From positions 64,001 to 128,000 of the forward strand of contig JACVGT010000001.1 in assembly GCA_018992685.1 (NCBI GenBank): a DNA stretch of 64,000 nucleotides, given 5' to 3'. Position 1 is the first letter of the stretch. Every line of letters starts with the position of its first letter. The translations under genes were made by a program, and so were the position numbers. Below, one piece after another: positions 29,805 to 39,535 of this stretch. The notes under the pieces were generated by a model. That model was not told the DNA's origin. It saw nothing but the letters and a program-made list of their open reading frames with translations, and ran no database searches. The DNA is from Theionarchaea archaeon (GTDB lineage Archaea; Methanobacteriota_B; Thermococci; Methanofastidiosales; SZ-28-30).

Positions 29805-31020
29805 AGACATAGGGAGTCACCAGTTCTCTGTAGGAGGGGAAAGGGTTTTCTTCTCGTATCCCTGTGCCCTCGATGGATTTCATCAGATCAAAAACATTCC
29901 CCTTCAGAACAAAAGGTGGTACTCTTCCCACAAAGTCTCCTTCTCTAACATAGTAGGCCCGCTTGATGTTAAAAACGTATTCTCCTGAGACAAGGTTTGC
30001 ACCCTTGTCATTGACAACTTCCTCAACAACCACACCAGTAAACTGGCTAAGAGAGTTGCTTCCTTCTTTGACCAGTACATTCCTGGGTCCAATCTTGGGC
30101 GGGGCCATGATTGAGGTGCGTACAGCATTCCCTGTGCTTTCTGTTCCATCAAGAAGCGCATGAAAATGATCATATAAGATGTGGGTCAAGATCCCGTTTT
30201 TTATTATTGGATATCTTCGTGACGGTATTCCCTCACCATCACAGAACGATGTCCTCACTCCTTCAGGGTACAGACCATCATCAAAAAGCGTGAACTCTTC
30301 TCCTGCCACATCTGTGCTACTGGCAATACGGGAAATCCCCCGTTTTACTCTGTCAACACTCACCTGCCAGATCAAGGGACGTAACACTGCATAGAGAGCC
30401 CGTGAACCCAGGGCAATGTGGGAAAATCTATATTCTGCATCCTGCGTGTAGCGGTCAATATACTCCTTGATACATCTCACAAGAGACTCACTGTCTCTAT
30501 CCCACAGCCGGGATGAGTTCACTATGTTGAACGTAGATGTTCCTGCTGATACGTCTATATCCAGCACGAAGAAGGTACTCTTTTCTTCAACATCAAGGCC
30601 TGCAGTCGTTTGCAGTGAGAAAGATGATTCTCTGCAGTATATCAACCCCTTTGAAGAAAGTCCGTGGTCCAAGAGCCCCTCGACGATTTCCATGCAATAG
30701 CCTGTGAGGTCCGTGATGTCAGCCCGCTCTATTTTCGGATCACAAATTCCTTCCACTGAGGGATATTTCTGCACTCCAGGAAACGCTATTTCCCACTGGT
30801 ACTCCGTGTCCAGAGCACGGGCAGACTGGAGAGCCTTCTCAACCTGTTCTGTTGTGTTACACGGCATGTTACAGTAATTGAACCCTACTTTGTTTCCCTT
30901 AATAACCCGGACTGCCTGCCCCGATACCTGCACTTTTTGGGGTGTCATTGTTCTTCCCTGGAACTCTACGATGGTATCGGTATACTTTCCCTGGAAAACC
31001 TCACTCTCACACGTACTCAC
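29785..31020 (-). CDS. pmbA: PmbA/TldE family protein
   Basis: FCDGEGIPS..YPIIKNGIL, STGNA.R, ANLVSGEY; no HExxxH; follows tldD. Confidence 0.82.
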   Translation of the reverse strand: MSTCESEVFQGKYTDTIVEFQGRTMTPQKVQVSGQAVRVIKGNKVGFNYCNMPCNTTEQVEKALQSARALDTEYQWEIAFPGVQKYPSVEGICDPKIERADITDLTGYCMEIVEGLLDHGLSSKGLIYCRESSFSLQTTAGLDVEEKSTFFVLDIDVSAGTSTFNIVNSSRLWDRDSESLVRCIKEYIDRYTQDAEYRFSHIALGSRALYAVLRPLIWQVSVDRVKRGISRIASSTDVAGEEFTLFDDGLYPEGVRTSFCDGEGIPSRRYPIIKNGILTHILYDHFHALLDGTESTGNAVRTSIMAPPKIGPRNVLVKEGSNSLSQFTGVVVEEVVNDKGANLVSGEYVFNIKRAYYVREGDFVGRVPPFVLKGNVFDLMKSIEGTGIREENPFPSYRELVTPYVFIRKSL

Positions 31021-32303
31021 GAAAGCACCTCCACCTCTGAGAATTTCAAGAACGGTGTCAAGCTAGATGATGGAATGAACTGTCGACCCTTTGAGCAGTG
31101 TCTCGTCACGAGTTCCCGTTCTTTTCCCACCCCCTCAAGGTGGGAAAGGATTTCATTCACATTTATTCTCATATTTACGTTACGCACAGAGTATCCCTCT
31201 ACGAGATGGTTCCCAGACTCTGCAACAAGAGACAGAACATCTTGTTCATACTGGAGTTCCGCTGCACCCAGGCTGTCAACAACAATATCAGCTCCTTCAC
31301 ATAGTTCTTCTGTGGATTGATTTCCAGGAAGAACCTGAATATTACTGGTTCGTACCAGGGGTGGACACAGGACACTCTCTGAAAGGGCATTGGCAGTGGG
31401 GTTACACGAGAGAGCACCTGCAGTTTCCCTTGAATGCAGCAAAGAGGTTAAGACGCCTTTTTTAATGACGGGAGTTCCTTCTGCCTTGACACCTTCATCA
31501 TCATAGGAATACTGGCCAAATGCGTTCTCCAGTAACGGGTCATCGATGCATGTGCAATCGTTTGAAGTGATCTCCTCTCCCAGATGGTCAGCCAGCACAC
31601 TCTCCCCTCTCAGCACTTTGTCGGCCTCGAGCCCATGCCCTACGACTTCGTGGATGAGAATTCCAGTAATTTCAGGGGCGAAAACGATGGTGTACTTTCC
31701 TGGGGAAGGCGAACCCACTTTCTTGGGGAATGTGTTCATTTTTTCCTGCAGCTTTCTTATGACCCGCTCCTCTGACAAGAATTCAAGACCATATGGCGCG
31801 ATCAAGAACCCTTCTCGGACGTAGTCTCCCATCAGGGCAAAAATGATTCCTGTGGCTGCTTCCTCTGTTTGAATATGTGATCCCTCCGAATTCTCAAAAA
31901 GGTCCATACTGTAATAGTCATTAAATCCCAGGTAGTAATGGTTAATCAGCGGATTCTCATCAATTCCAGATGATTCTACTAGTGTTCTTATTTCCCTGAT
32001 CTTTTCTTCGATTTCTGTGGTATGAGGAGGATATACTGCCTGCGACGGTTTATCGACGTGGTGGCAAGGACTTTCAGCCAGGACGGCACCCTGAAAGGGG
32101 AGTGATGCCGAGATTTCTTGTGCTCTCTCTATCAAGGTATGGGGGTCAGTTTCCCCCGAACGGGCATAAAACCCCCACCTCCCTGCAGCCAGCACTCGGG
32201 CAGATGCCCCTCGATTGCAGGTAGTGACGCACCGGACAATATGGCCATCCCGTACATCAATGGATGTTCTCCACAGGGTATTTGCTCTCAATTCAACGTG
32301 CAT
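31017..32303 (-). CDS. tldD: TldD family metalloprotease
   Basis: HEVVGHGLEAD zinc motif, YDDEGV, LLHSRETA, C-terminal CSKGRQ. Confidence 0.87.
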   Translation of the reverse strand: MHVELRANTLWRTSIDVRDGHIVRCVTTCNRGASARVLAAGRWGFYARSGETDPHTLIERAQEISASLPFQGAVLAESPCHHVDKPSQAVYPPHTTEIEEKIREIRTLVESSGIDENPLINHYYLGFNDYYSMDLFENSEGSHIQTEEAATGIIFALMGDYVREGFLIAPYGLEFLSEERVIRKLQEKMNTFPKKVGSPSPGKYTIVFAPEITGILIHEVVGHGLEADKVLRGESVLADHLGEEITSNDCTCIDDPLLENAFGQYSYDDEGVKAEGTPVIKKGVLTSLLHSRETAGALSCNPTANALSESVLCPPLVRTSNIQVLPGNQSTEELCEGADIVVDSLGAAELQYEQDVLSLVAESGNHLVEGYSVRNVNMRINVNEILSHLEGVGKERELVTRHCSKGRQFIPSSSLTPFLKFSEVEVLS

Positions 32304-32311
32304 AAATCCAC

Positions 32312-33400
32312 CTATGGGTACCTGCAGTCCTTCTCTGGGTCTATCAAAGCATATTCAGGAAATTTCCCGATATGATAGAAGGCCTGGCACATGGGGTAAG
32401 GAGCCAGAAGATCACCAAACTCAGCAAATGCCATGGCTCTGCAGAACCCGCCACAAATCCTGGCAGCATGACAGTTACCACACACACCTTTCAGGCTGGT
32501 TTTATTGGACTGATCCAGTATTTTGAACATGGGGTGTCTCTTTATTTCCTCAAACGTATTGATGCGCAGGTTTCCAGCTTTCATGTCAGGATGAAGTGAT
32601 AACGCTGTACATAGGCTGACATCTCCCTGGGGGGATACTCCCATGAGTTTCCACCACGGGCAGGTCACATACTCTTGGACATCGTCAATATTCTCTGCAG
32701 GCATCAACGCCAAGGGTAAATCTGTGATGATCCTCAGATCGTCGAGGTACTTTGCTTTTAGGTGAAAATAGGCTTGGAGCGTCTTTTCCACCAAGGTGAC
32801 ATCGGTGGGCTTTTCACCAGATCTACCAAGGGGAACAGTCTGCGCAAGAATTCGAAAAATGCTACATTCAGTTTCAATGCCAAGAGTGATAATCTCCTCT
32901 AACTGAGGAAGGTTTTCATGAGTGACATACGTGGAAATGCCGTGGTCAATATCATATTCTTGCAATAGATTCAGCCCGTTAACAGCTCTTTCAAAGGCAC
33001 CAGGACGCCCACGCTGGGCATCGTGGACGTGACCAATACCATCAATGCTCACCCCCACAGATGCATTCTTGTACTGGCTGAGCAACTGGGCAATTCCTGG
33101 TGTAATTAACGTCCCATTTGTTTCTAAGTTGAGGAGGACACCGCGTTCCAAGACGATGGTGAGTATTTCTTTGATATCTTTCCGTGCAAGAGGTTCTCCG
33201 CCTGTTATTGACACTTCAGCTAATTTGCCGTCTGATGCAACTGTGTCGATGATTGAAGCGACTTCTGCAGGCGTAATTTCATTTTCGAATGCTTTTCCAG
33301 GTCCTGCTTCCAGATAGCAGTGTTTACACGCCAGGTTACACTCTCTCGTCACAACAACATACAATCGGGAAAAGACTTTACCATTTCCAGGGGATTCCAT
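32312..33400 (-). CDS. Radical SAM/SPASM domain protein (no RRE)
   Basis: CNLACKHC, TGGEPL, ETNGT; SPASM cysteines C...GDVSLC...CGNC...CGGFCRA...C. Confidence 0.92.
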   Translation of the reverse strand: MESPGNGKVFSRLYVVVTRECNLACKHCYLEAGPGKAFENEITPAEVASIIDTVASDGKLAEVSITGGEPLARKDIKEILTIVLERGVLLNLETNGTLITPGIAQLLSQYKNASVGVSIDGIGHVHDAQRGRPGAFERAVNGLNLLQEYDIDHGISTYVTHENLPQLEEIITLGIETECSIFRILAQTVPLGRSGEKPTDVTLVEKTLQAYFHLKAKYLDDLRIITDLPLALMPAENIDDVQEYVTCPWWKLMGVSPQGDVSLCTALSLHPDMKAGNLRINTFEEIKRHPMFKILDQSNKTSLKGVCGNCHAARICGGFCRAMAFAEFGDLLAPYPMCQAFYHIGKFPEYALIDPEKDCRYP

Positions 33401-33547
33401 GAGAGAGACTCAATCCCGTAAGGTTAAAAGGTTATCTATAGTAAGGGTTGGAATAGAGAAGGAACGCAATGATATTTTAGGATGCTACTCCTTCACGGGG
33501 GTGTTACTCCTTCTCTGTTCCCTTCTTGTCATGATATTCAGCCTCCC

Positions 33548-34717
33548 TCAGCCCTGCCTGCGCTGTCTCAGAACTGATCGGACCAGCAATACTGCATTGA
33601 TACACAAGATTCCCAAGAATACAATGCTGTCATATGATGTTCTGACCTCTCCAGAGACTCTGGAAAGAGTTCCCACAATTCGTGGAACAACATAAGAGAG
33701 AAGAAACAATGCAGCGGCGATATTCCCGAGCACGAACACCACAGAGTACCCTCTAACGATACGCATCTCACGTTCCGGCACAGCAGAAAGGTCGTGGTAT
33801 GAAAAACGATCCCAGACTCTGTGTAATTTGTTGCCCAGAAAAGCCACCGTATCTCCAAAGAGATTCTTACAGTTGAAGTAGTTGGTGATAATGTAGTAGA
33901 CGTCAGTCTGCATAAAAAAGAGACACTGCCACAACGTGGAAATTAACTGCAAAAGGATGAAGGCCTTCAAAAATCTCAGGGCAACGTTATCCGACTCCCG
34001 GAAGATCCACATGATGATGAGAACCAGAGAAACAGTCACCAGGTCCGAAAGTATTCCCGCGAAGTACACCCTGTACCTCTTCTCTGCCGGCACTGTCCAT
34101 ACAGAGGTTATATCAGTTTCTGCCACGACAAAGTATAATCGATGGCTGATACGGAACTGGGCGTCCAGTCCTAAAGACTTTGCTGCTGCCAGATGGTAAA
34201 ACTCGTGCTTGAACACAAAGAGCCAGCTCACTGCAAAAGTAGTCAGCAATGCAACCGTATACGAGTCCACAAACATGAAGTCACCGAATTTGGGAAAGAA
34301 CTGGGGGGTTGTCAGAAGGATCATTCCCCCTAGAACCATTACTAGCGTATAAAAAACGTATGCTGGCTTTGAGAAAAGTATTTGGGCTTGTTCCGGTTTT
34401 AAATTTTCAAAGTATGCATGAATTTCCTCATGTTCAGTTTCGATCAGTTCATCATCAATTTTCTGGACGAATCCTACTTCTATCAGGCTTTCTATGAACT
34501 CTTCAAGTTCTACTTCTTCCCTGAATTTCTCTTCCAGGTTCTTTCTGGCTTCTCCTATAGTCAATCCCTTCTTGAGCAGGTTAATAGCTTCTACACCCAC
34601 CTCGGGTAGACTGATGAAAGAACCAATTTCCCTTCTGCCTACAATCCATTCTCCTTCCTGCAGACTCATGTCCAGAGGGTAGAATGTGATCACAGAATCC
34701 TTTTGCATGCCAGTCAC
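33548..34717 (-). CDS. RRE(PqqD-like)-fused M50 intramembrane metalloprotease
   Basis: N-terminal ~90-aa RRE-like wHTH (AINLLKKGLTIGEA...LEEFIESLIEVGFV); HEFYH, VYFAGILSD, FFMQTDVYY; multiple TMs. Confidence 0.8.
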   Translation of the reverse strand: MTGMQKDSVITFYPLDMSLQEGEWIVGRREIGSFISLPEVGVEAINLLKKGLTIGEARKNLEEKFREEVELEEFIESLIEVGFVQKIDDELIETEHEEIHAYFENLKPEQAQILFSKPAYVFYTLVMVLGGMILLTTPQFFPKFGDFMFVDSYTVALLTTFAVSWLFVFKHEFYHLAAAKSLGLDAQFRISHRLYFVVAETDITSVWTVPAEKRYRVYFAGILSDLVTVSLVLIIMWIFRESDNVALRFLKAFILLQLISTLWQCLFFMQTDVYYIITNYFNCKNLFGDTVAFLGNKLHRVWDRFSYHDLSAVPEREMRIVRGYSVVFVLGNIAAALFLLSYVVPRIVGTLSRVSGEVRTSYDSIVFLGILCINAVLLVRSVLRQRRQG

Positions 34718-36024
34718 TCAATCAACTCCAGGACTTCTCTTTTCGTTTCCTCATCTCCCCTTTTCAGCAGTTCTTTGATGATCAAGGCGGTAGCTGGGCA
34801 CCGGTAGGGATCTTTCTTGTAAAGAGTCTGATGATATGCAAGAGCATGACCCCTGCACCCCCCGCCGCAGAAGAATCTATGCTTACAGGTCTTGCAGGGT
34901 TCGACTTTATGCACATTCAAGCTGTACAACTCCTGAAGCACTTCTGAATGCTTCCAGATTTCCCGCAGTGTGGACTTTGTGATATTTCCCAGCCTTAATG
35001 ATTCATATTTGGTGAGCATACAGGGGTATACATCTCCTGCTGGCGTTATCACAGGGGACGTTCCAATGGAACACCGTTCTCTGGGGACTACCAGCATGCT
35101 GATTTCTCCCTCGTCTGTTTCATGGGTATAGCAGAAATGCTCACACATTTGCTGAGGAGTCAGTAACAATGCGCTGTTGAATCCCCTCCCTGTGGGAGAA
35201 ACGTTCGCACTGCTGAGAGGGACTCCCAGTTCTTGTCCTAACCTATAAAGAGCATCCAGTTCATGAAAATTCTCCCTGGTGAGCACAGAACTGATAGAGA
35301 CATCAATATCGACTTCCTTCAAAGCCCTCATACCCTGTATTGCTTTCTTGAATCCTCCCTTCATCCCTCTGATAGCATCATGAGTCTCTGGATTGGCTCC
35401 ATCAAGACTTACCTGAACACTGTGGATTCCCGCTTCTTTGAGCTGGTGAGCGACCGTTCGATTGATCAATGTGCCATTGGTTAGGAGGTTAGGCTTCAAC
35501 CCTGCAGCATTCACCTTTCTTATCATGTGTAAGGTCAGATCTTTCTTGAGCAGAGGTTCGCCCCCCGTGATGGTAACAGGAGTAACCTGCAATGAGATGG
35601 CCTCATCCAGCACCCTGTCAATCTCCTCTTTATTGAGTTCATTGTGGTCGGGAGCTCCTGCACTGGAAGCACAGAATTTGCAGTGCTCATTGCACCGGTA
35701 CGTGACTTCAATATTGAGAGATGAAGGGCAGCTATAGTCATAAACAGGTTTTATGAAAGAGGGGGTCTGGCAGAGGGCCAGGATATTTTCATGTTCCAAA
35801 TACTCCATGAAAGGAGTGACAGCTTTTTCAACATCTCCTGGCGATTCACCATACTGCTCCGACAGAATACGTATCAAATCCTCATACGTGTGGGTGCCAT
35901 CACACAGCTGCAGGACTGCCTGGGCAGTTTCATCAACTCTGAAGATAGCCGAATCCAGCAGCAAGTAGTTACCTTTGCTGGTATTCCTGATAAATACCTG
36001 ATCTCTCACTCGTATGTACGCCAT
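34714..36024 (-). CDS. RRE(PqqD)-fused radical SAM/SPASM peptide maturase
   Basis: N-terminal PqqD-like DETAQAVLQLCDGTHTYEDLIRILSEQY; CNEHCKFC; SPASM CSIG...GDVYPC...CKTC...CGGGC...C. Confidence 0.92.
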   Translation of the reverse strand: MAYIRVRDQVFIRNTSKGNYLLLDSAIFRVDETAQAVLQLCDGTHTYEDLIRILSEQYGESPGDVEKAVTPFMEYLEHENILALCQTPSFIKPVYDYSCPSSLNIEVTYRCNEHCKFCASSAGAPDHNELNKEEIDRVLDEAISLQVTPVTITGGEPLLKKDLTLHMIRKVNAAGLKPNLLTNGTLINRTVAHQLKEAGIHSVQVSLDGANPETHDAIRGMKGGFKKAIQGMRALKEVDIDVSISSVLTRENFHELDALYRLGQELGVPLSSANVSPTGRGFNSALLLTPQQMCEHFCYTHETDEGEISMLVVPRERCSIGTSPVITPAGDVYPCMLTKYESLRLGNITKSTLREIWKHSEVLQELYSLNVHKVEPCKTCKHRFFCGGGCRGHALAYHQTLYKKDPYRCPATALIIKELLKRGDEETKREVLELIE

Positions 36025-36327
36025 TCTATCACCTCTTGGGAGAAGGGAAGTACCTCCATGCAGTCGAGTCTTGTCTGCTCCAGATTTAACATGGGGCTAC
36101 GCGGGCTGTCTGCCTTTTTCCTGATTTTCTGATAGATATGAATTTCGTCTTACACCCTCTCTCTTCTGATTGATGAAATATACTCAATGGTTAGTTATTT
36201 GAATCTATGCTCTGAAAGATGTAACAATACCATCTCCTGCGCGTGCCGCCCAACCTTACCAGTTAAAAATCACCTGCAGTGAACCCCCAAAGCATCTTCT
36301 CTCATCATTATGTAATGGTTTTGACTC

Positions 36328-36351
36328 AAAAAAAAGAAAGATCAAAAAAAA
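36328..36351 (-). terminator. Oligo-T terminator after precursor B
   Basis: Two long A tracts on + strand directly downstream of the stop at 36360. Confidence 0.6.
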
Positions 36352-36359
36352 CGAGAGTT

Positions 36360-36449
36360 TTAGAGACAGACCATCTTGGATTCCTTCCATACGTTGTCAG
36401 TGAAGGCTGTGGTCTTTTTCTTTTCAAGCTTTCTGACGGCAATTGACAT
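36360..36449 (-). CDS. Putative RiPP precursor peptide B (29 aa)
   Basis: Below the ORF-track cutoff. GGAGGTG RBS 6 nt upstream; MSIAVRKLEKKKTTAFTDNVWKESKMVCL; own promoter and terminator; directly upstream of the RRE-rSAM. Confidence 0.75.
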   Translation of the reverse strand: MSIAVRKLEKKKTTAFTDNVWKESKMVCL

Positions 36450-36494
36450 GGTTTACACCTCCTTTGGTTGGATGTGGGCTCTTCTCGTTATGAG

Positions 36495-36509
36495 TATTTA
36501 AGTCTTTCC
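36495..36509 (-). promoter_or_regulatory. BRE/TATA promoter of precursor B
   Basis: Minus strand GGAAAGA-CTTAAATA about 45 nt upstream of ATG 36449. Confidence 0.55.
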
Positions 36510-37046
36510 ATATGAAATTATGGAACACATATATTATAAGTAATAAATTAGCATCTCTTTGTAATATTGATCTCTGATTTTTTTTAATATAGTCAAGCTG
36601 ATGCCCGAGACAGTCATTGATGGTACGATTCTTTTTTTTGAAGAAAAGGGGCCATTAGTCATGTTCGCACGTGATACGATTGAAAGAGTACTAGGAGATC
36701 ACAAAGAGAAATTGAGACAGTTCTTGTGTATCGTGGATTCTCCTGCGAATATGAGATCACTGATGCTATGTAGACCTGATAAATTGGCTTATTCAATTCG
36801 GATAACGCCAATTATCCGCACTCAGTTCTTTTCCTTCACATCTGGACCCTTCTCTGGCATCCTGATGGAGTTCCTTCAAATCTGAAACACGGTTTCCCAG
36901 TATCACCATCTCAGTTCAACCTAGAAAGCATATTTCTTGAGGCTCCAGATTGAGAAACGACATCCTGGTATTCTACGGGAAAGTGGTGTGGAGAATGCTA
37001 TGCCATGCCAGATGCCACGGAAAACTACTTCTCAATCTTTTGTTTC

Positions 37047-37460
37047 TCATGCAACTGTGAAGATGAGAACGACATCACCATGAGCATCTGTCAATTCCAA
37101 TGTAGCACTGACAATGACATATCCTTCTACTGATTCCAAAACTTGCAGAAAGTCAAGTTCCTGTTCCATTACTCCTTCAGGTTCACTACAGTACATTTCA
37201 GTGACCCCAACAGGGCCGAATTCGATGTGCCCTTTATTAGCAGTGTATTCCGAAAAATAGGAATTGCACCCTGCATCTCCTGTAATTCTGCCGTCCTGAA
37301 ATTGAGCAGTGATTCTGGTGTCCCGCAGAACAGTGACCAGTCCCGTCTCAGTTCTGTAAGAGTCCAAGATCCATATGTTACCTTCCAGGGATATAGGTTT
37401 CTGACCGATACATCCTATTGCCAAACCCAGAAAAATAATCACCAATGAGGACTTCTTCAT
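37047..37460 (-). CDS. META/HslJ-domain lipoprotein
   Basis: Lipobox-like LAIGC; GDAGCNSY...TEMYC...MEQE. Confidence 0.88.
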   Translation of the reverse strand: MKKSSLVIIFLGLAIGCIGQKPISLEGNIWILDSYRTETGLVTVLRDTRITAQFQDGRITGDAGCNSYFSEYTANKGHIEFGPVGVTEMYCSEPEGVMEQELDFLQVLESVEGYVIVSATLELTDAHGDVVLIFTVA

Positions 37461-37730
37461 TATGATATCACCTCAGTATAGTATTCATATCCTTCTTGAA
37501 ATAACTTTTGGTCCTTTTCAAGAATTCACGGGTTCCCCAGATTACCCATCCTTTTGATTTGAGCATCACGATATCGCTGTGGCTGATGCTCTAGACCGGC
37601 TACAGGAAACACTTCAGTCAGTGTCCACATCGCAATCATTGAATGACTGTTGAAATGGATTCAGCAGTATTCATGTTCCAGAAGGAATTCAAAACATATT
37701 ATTCATAAAAAAGAAAAAAGAAGTTGATAC

Positions 37731-37835
37731 TTACTTCTTTATTGCCAGTTTTGCACCACAAACGGAGCATGTTCCCTTTTCTGTAATCGTCGGGGCGTTG
37801 TCTAGGGTAGCTCCACAGAGTCCACATTTAGCCAT
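37731..37835 (-). CDS. 34-aa zinc-ribbon microprotein
   Basis: AAGGTGA RBS; MAKCGLCGATLDNAPTITEKGTCSVCGAKLAIKK (two CxxCG); T-tract downstream. Confidence 0.7.
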   Translation of the reverse strand: MAKCGLCGATLDNAPTITEKGTCSVCGAKLAIKK

Positions 37836-38206
37836 ACTATCACCTTGAATACATATGAAAACTCCTTAGATAAATAATTTTCGGTTCAGAATACAAGAAA
37901 AGATTCGTGGCTCACAGTTTTCAGAGATCATGTGCTTCCACTCTTCTCAAGATGGTGCAGATACGGTGCCGTGCAGTAGCGAGTGATCTGGAAATGTTTT
38001 TCAGTCCCTAATGGCTTTTTCTCTTGTGGCTCTAAAGAAAGTGTATAGAACCCTGTCACGTTTCCAAGTACCAGCAGAGGAGAAAGTCTTAAATAGCAAC
38101 ACGTTTACATAAAGCAACGCTGAGATGACATATGAACTTGTAGAAATATATATGTAGATAAGTTGTGCGTTATTGCAGGAAATAGGTTGAAGGAGGAGTG
38201 ACACGG

Positions 38207-39535
38207 ATGACAGAAATCAATGACTCTTTGCGGAAATTCTGGAAGTTCTGTCAGCAAAAACGGTTGGATCAGGCTGCAATTAGAGCAATTCCTTACATTG
38301 GTCCCTCAATTTGTGATATCGTTTACGGAGGAACTGAAAAAGATCTCAAAAATCTCATTGAGGTACTTAATCTGACGATAGAGCAGCAGAATGAAATAAT
38401 TTCGAAATTAGAATCTGTCATGAAGCCCCCTTTGGAGTGTATTCTTGTGATTGGGAGTGGGTATGTGGAGTATCTCCTGGAATTACACGGTGATTTCGAG
38501 CTTGGACGAAAGCATGTAGTTACCTGTCATGAGTTCATAGGGGGGAGCGGCATCAACCATACTCTAAGGCTAATTCATGCTGGATTTCCAGCGCTTCCTA
38601 TCTTATCGATAGGGAAAGATCAACTAGGACAGAATATAAGAGAAAAGATTTTGATTTCAGCTAAGAGAGCTGGGATTTCGCAACAGGTCCTTACTTTTAT
38701 TGATTCTGAAGAGTTTTTTGCAGCTAACATTAGGACTCCGCTTTCAGCCATCGTCGTGGGAAACGTACGAAAAACCAATTTCTCGTCGCAAATATATGGA
38801 AGCACGTATTTTCTCGACCATGTGAGAAGCCGGCTAGAGTATCTTGACGCACAACCGAATATTGACATTAAAGCTATCATTATAGGCCATATCCATGCTG
38901 ATAGCCCAGACTTGATCCCCTCGCACATGGGGGAGTGCACGAAACATATCATCGATTCATTCAGTGGCAAACGTTTTCTGTTTGGCAATTTCGGAGACAG
39001 TCAGATCTGTATGGGTGTTGATTTCTGGGAGGAGCACCTGCGTAAACTCAGCGTATTCCAGCTCAACCTAAACGAAATGAGAAGATTTTTTGGCCCCGAT
39101 GGTTCGAAGAAGTCCTTGGTTGATATTGTTCACTGGTTCAGAGACAAACGGATTACTGCTGTCATTACCCTCGATAAGTTTGGTGCTGTTGGTATCCATA
39201 AGGACGGCCAGAATCGCGTGATACTGGCGTGGCCTTTTGAACTTGAAGATTATGTTGATTCGACGGGAGCAGGAGACGCATTCGGAGCAGGCCTAACTTC
39301 AAAACTCTATCAAAAGGGGAATTTCTCGTTTGGGGAGTTCCTCAGTGCAATCGAAGAGGCAAGAGTCTGGGCAGCCTATGCGTGCACCACTCTGGGTGGG
39401 GCGACACTGTGCCCCGATCAACCATCGCTTCGAGAATTCCATCAGCACGTCTTGGTACAGCCGCACCCCATAGAAGTTCAACAGATGGAACATGCAGAAC
39501 GAATCCTGCAGATCCTGGACAAGGCATATCAGTGA
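38207..39535 (+). CDS. PfkB/ribokinase-family carbohydrate kinase with N-terminal extension
   Basis: GGSGIN, IGKDQLG, VDSTGAGDAFGAG. Confidence 0.85.
   Translation: MTEINDSLRKFWKFCQQKRLDQAAIRAIPYIGPSICDIVYGGTEKDLKNLIEVLNLTIEQQNEIISKLESVMKPPLECILVIGSGYVEYLLELHGDFELGRKHVVTCHEFIGGSGINHTLRLIHAGFPALPILSIGKDQLGQNIREKILISAKRAGISQQVLTFIDSEEFFAANIRTPLSAIVVGNVRKTNFSSQIYGSTYFLDHVRSRLEYLDAQPNIDIKAIIIGHIHADSPDLIPSHMGECTKHIIDSFSGKRFLFGNFGDSQICMGVDFWEEHLRKLSVFQLNLNEMRRFFGPDGSKKSLVDIVHWFRDKRITAVITLDKFGAVGIHKDGQNRVILAWPFELEDYVDSTGAGDAFGAGLTSKLYQKGNFSFGEFLSAIEEARVWAAYACTTLGGATLCPDQPSLREFHQHVLVQPHPIEVQQMEHAERILQILDKAYQ

Noticed and set aside
36601-36885. 94-aa ORF next to the RiPP locus
   Set aside because: No RBS and no recognisable motif; cannot support it as a gene.
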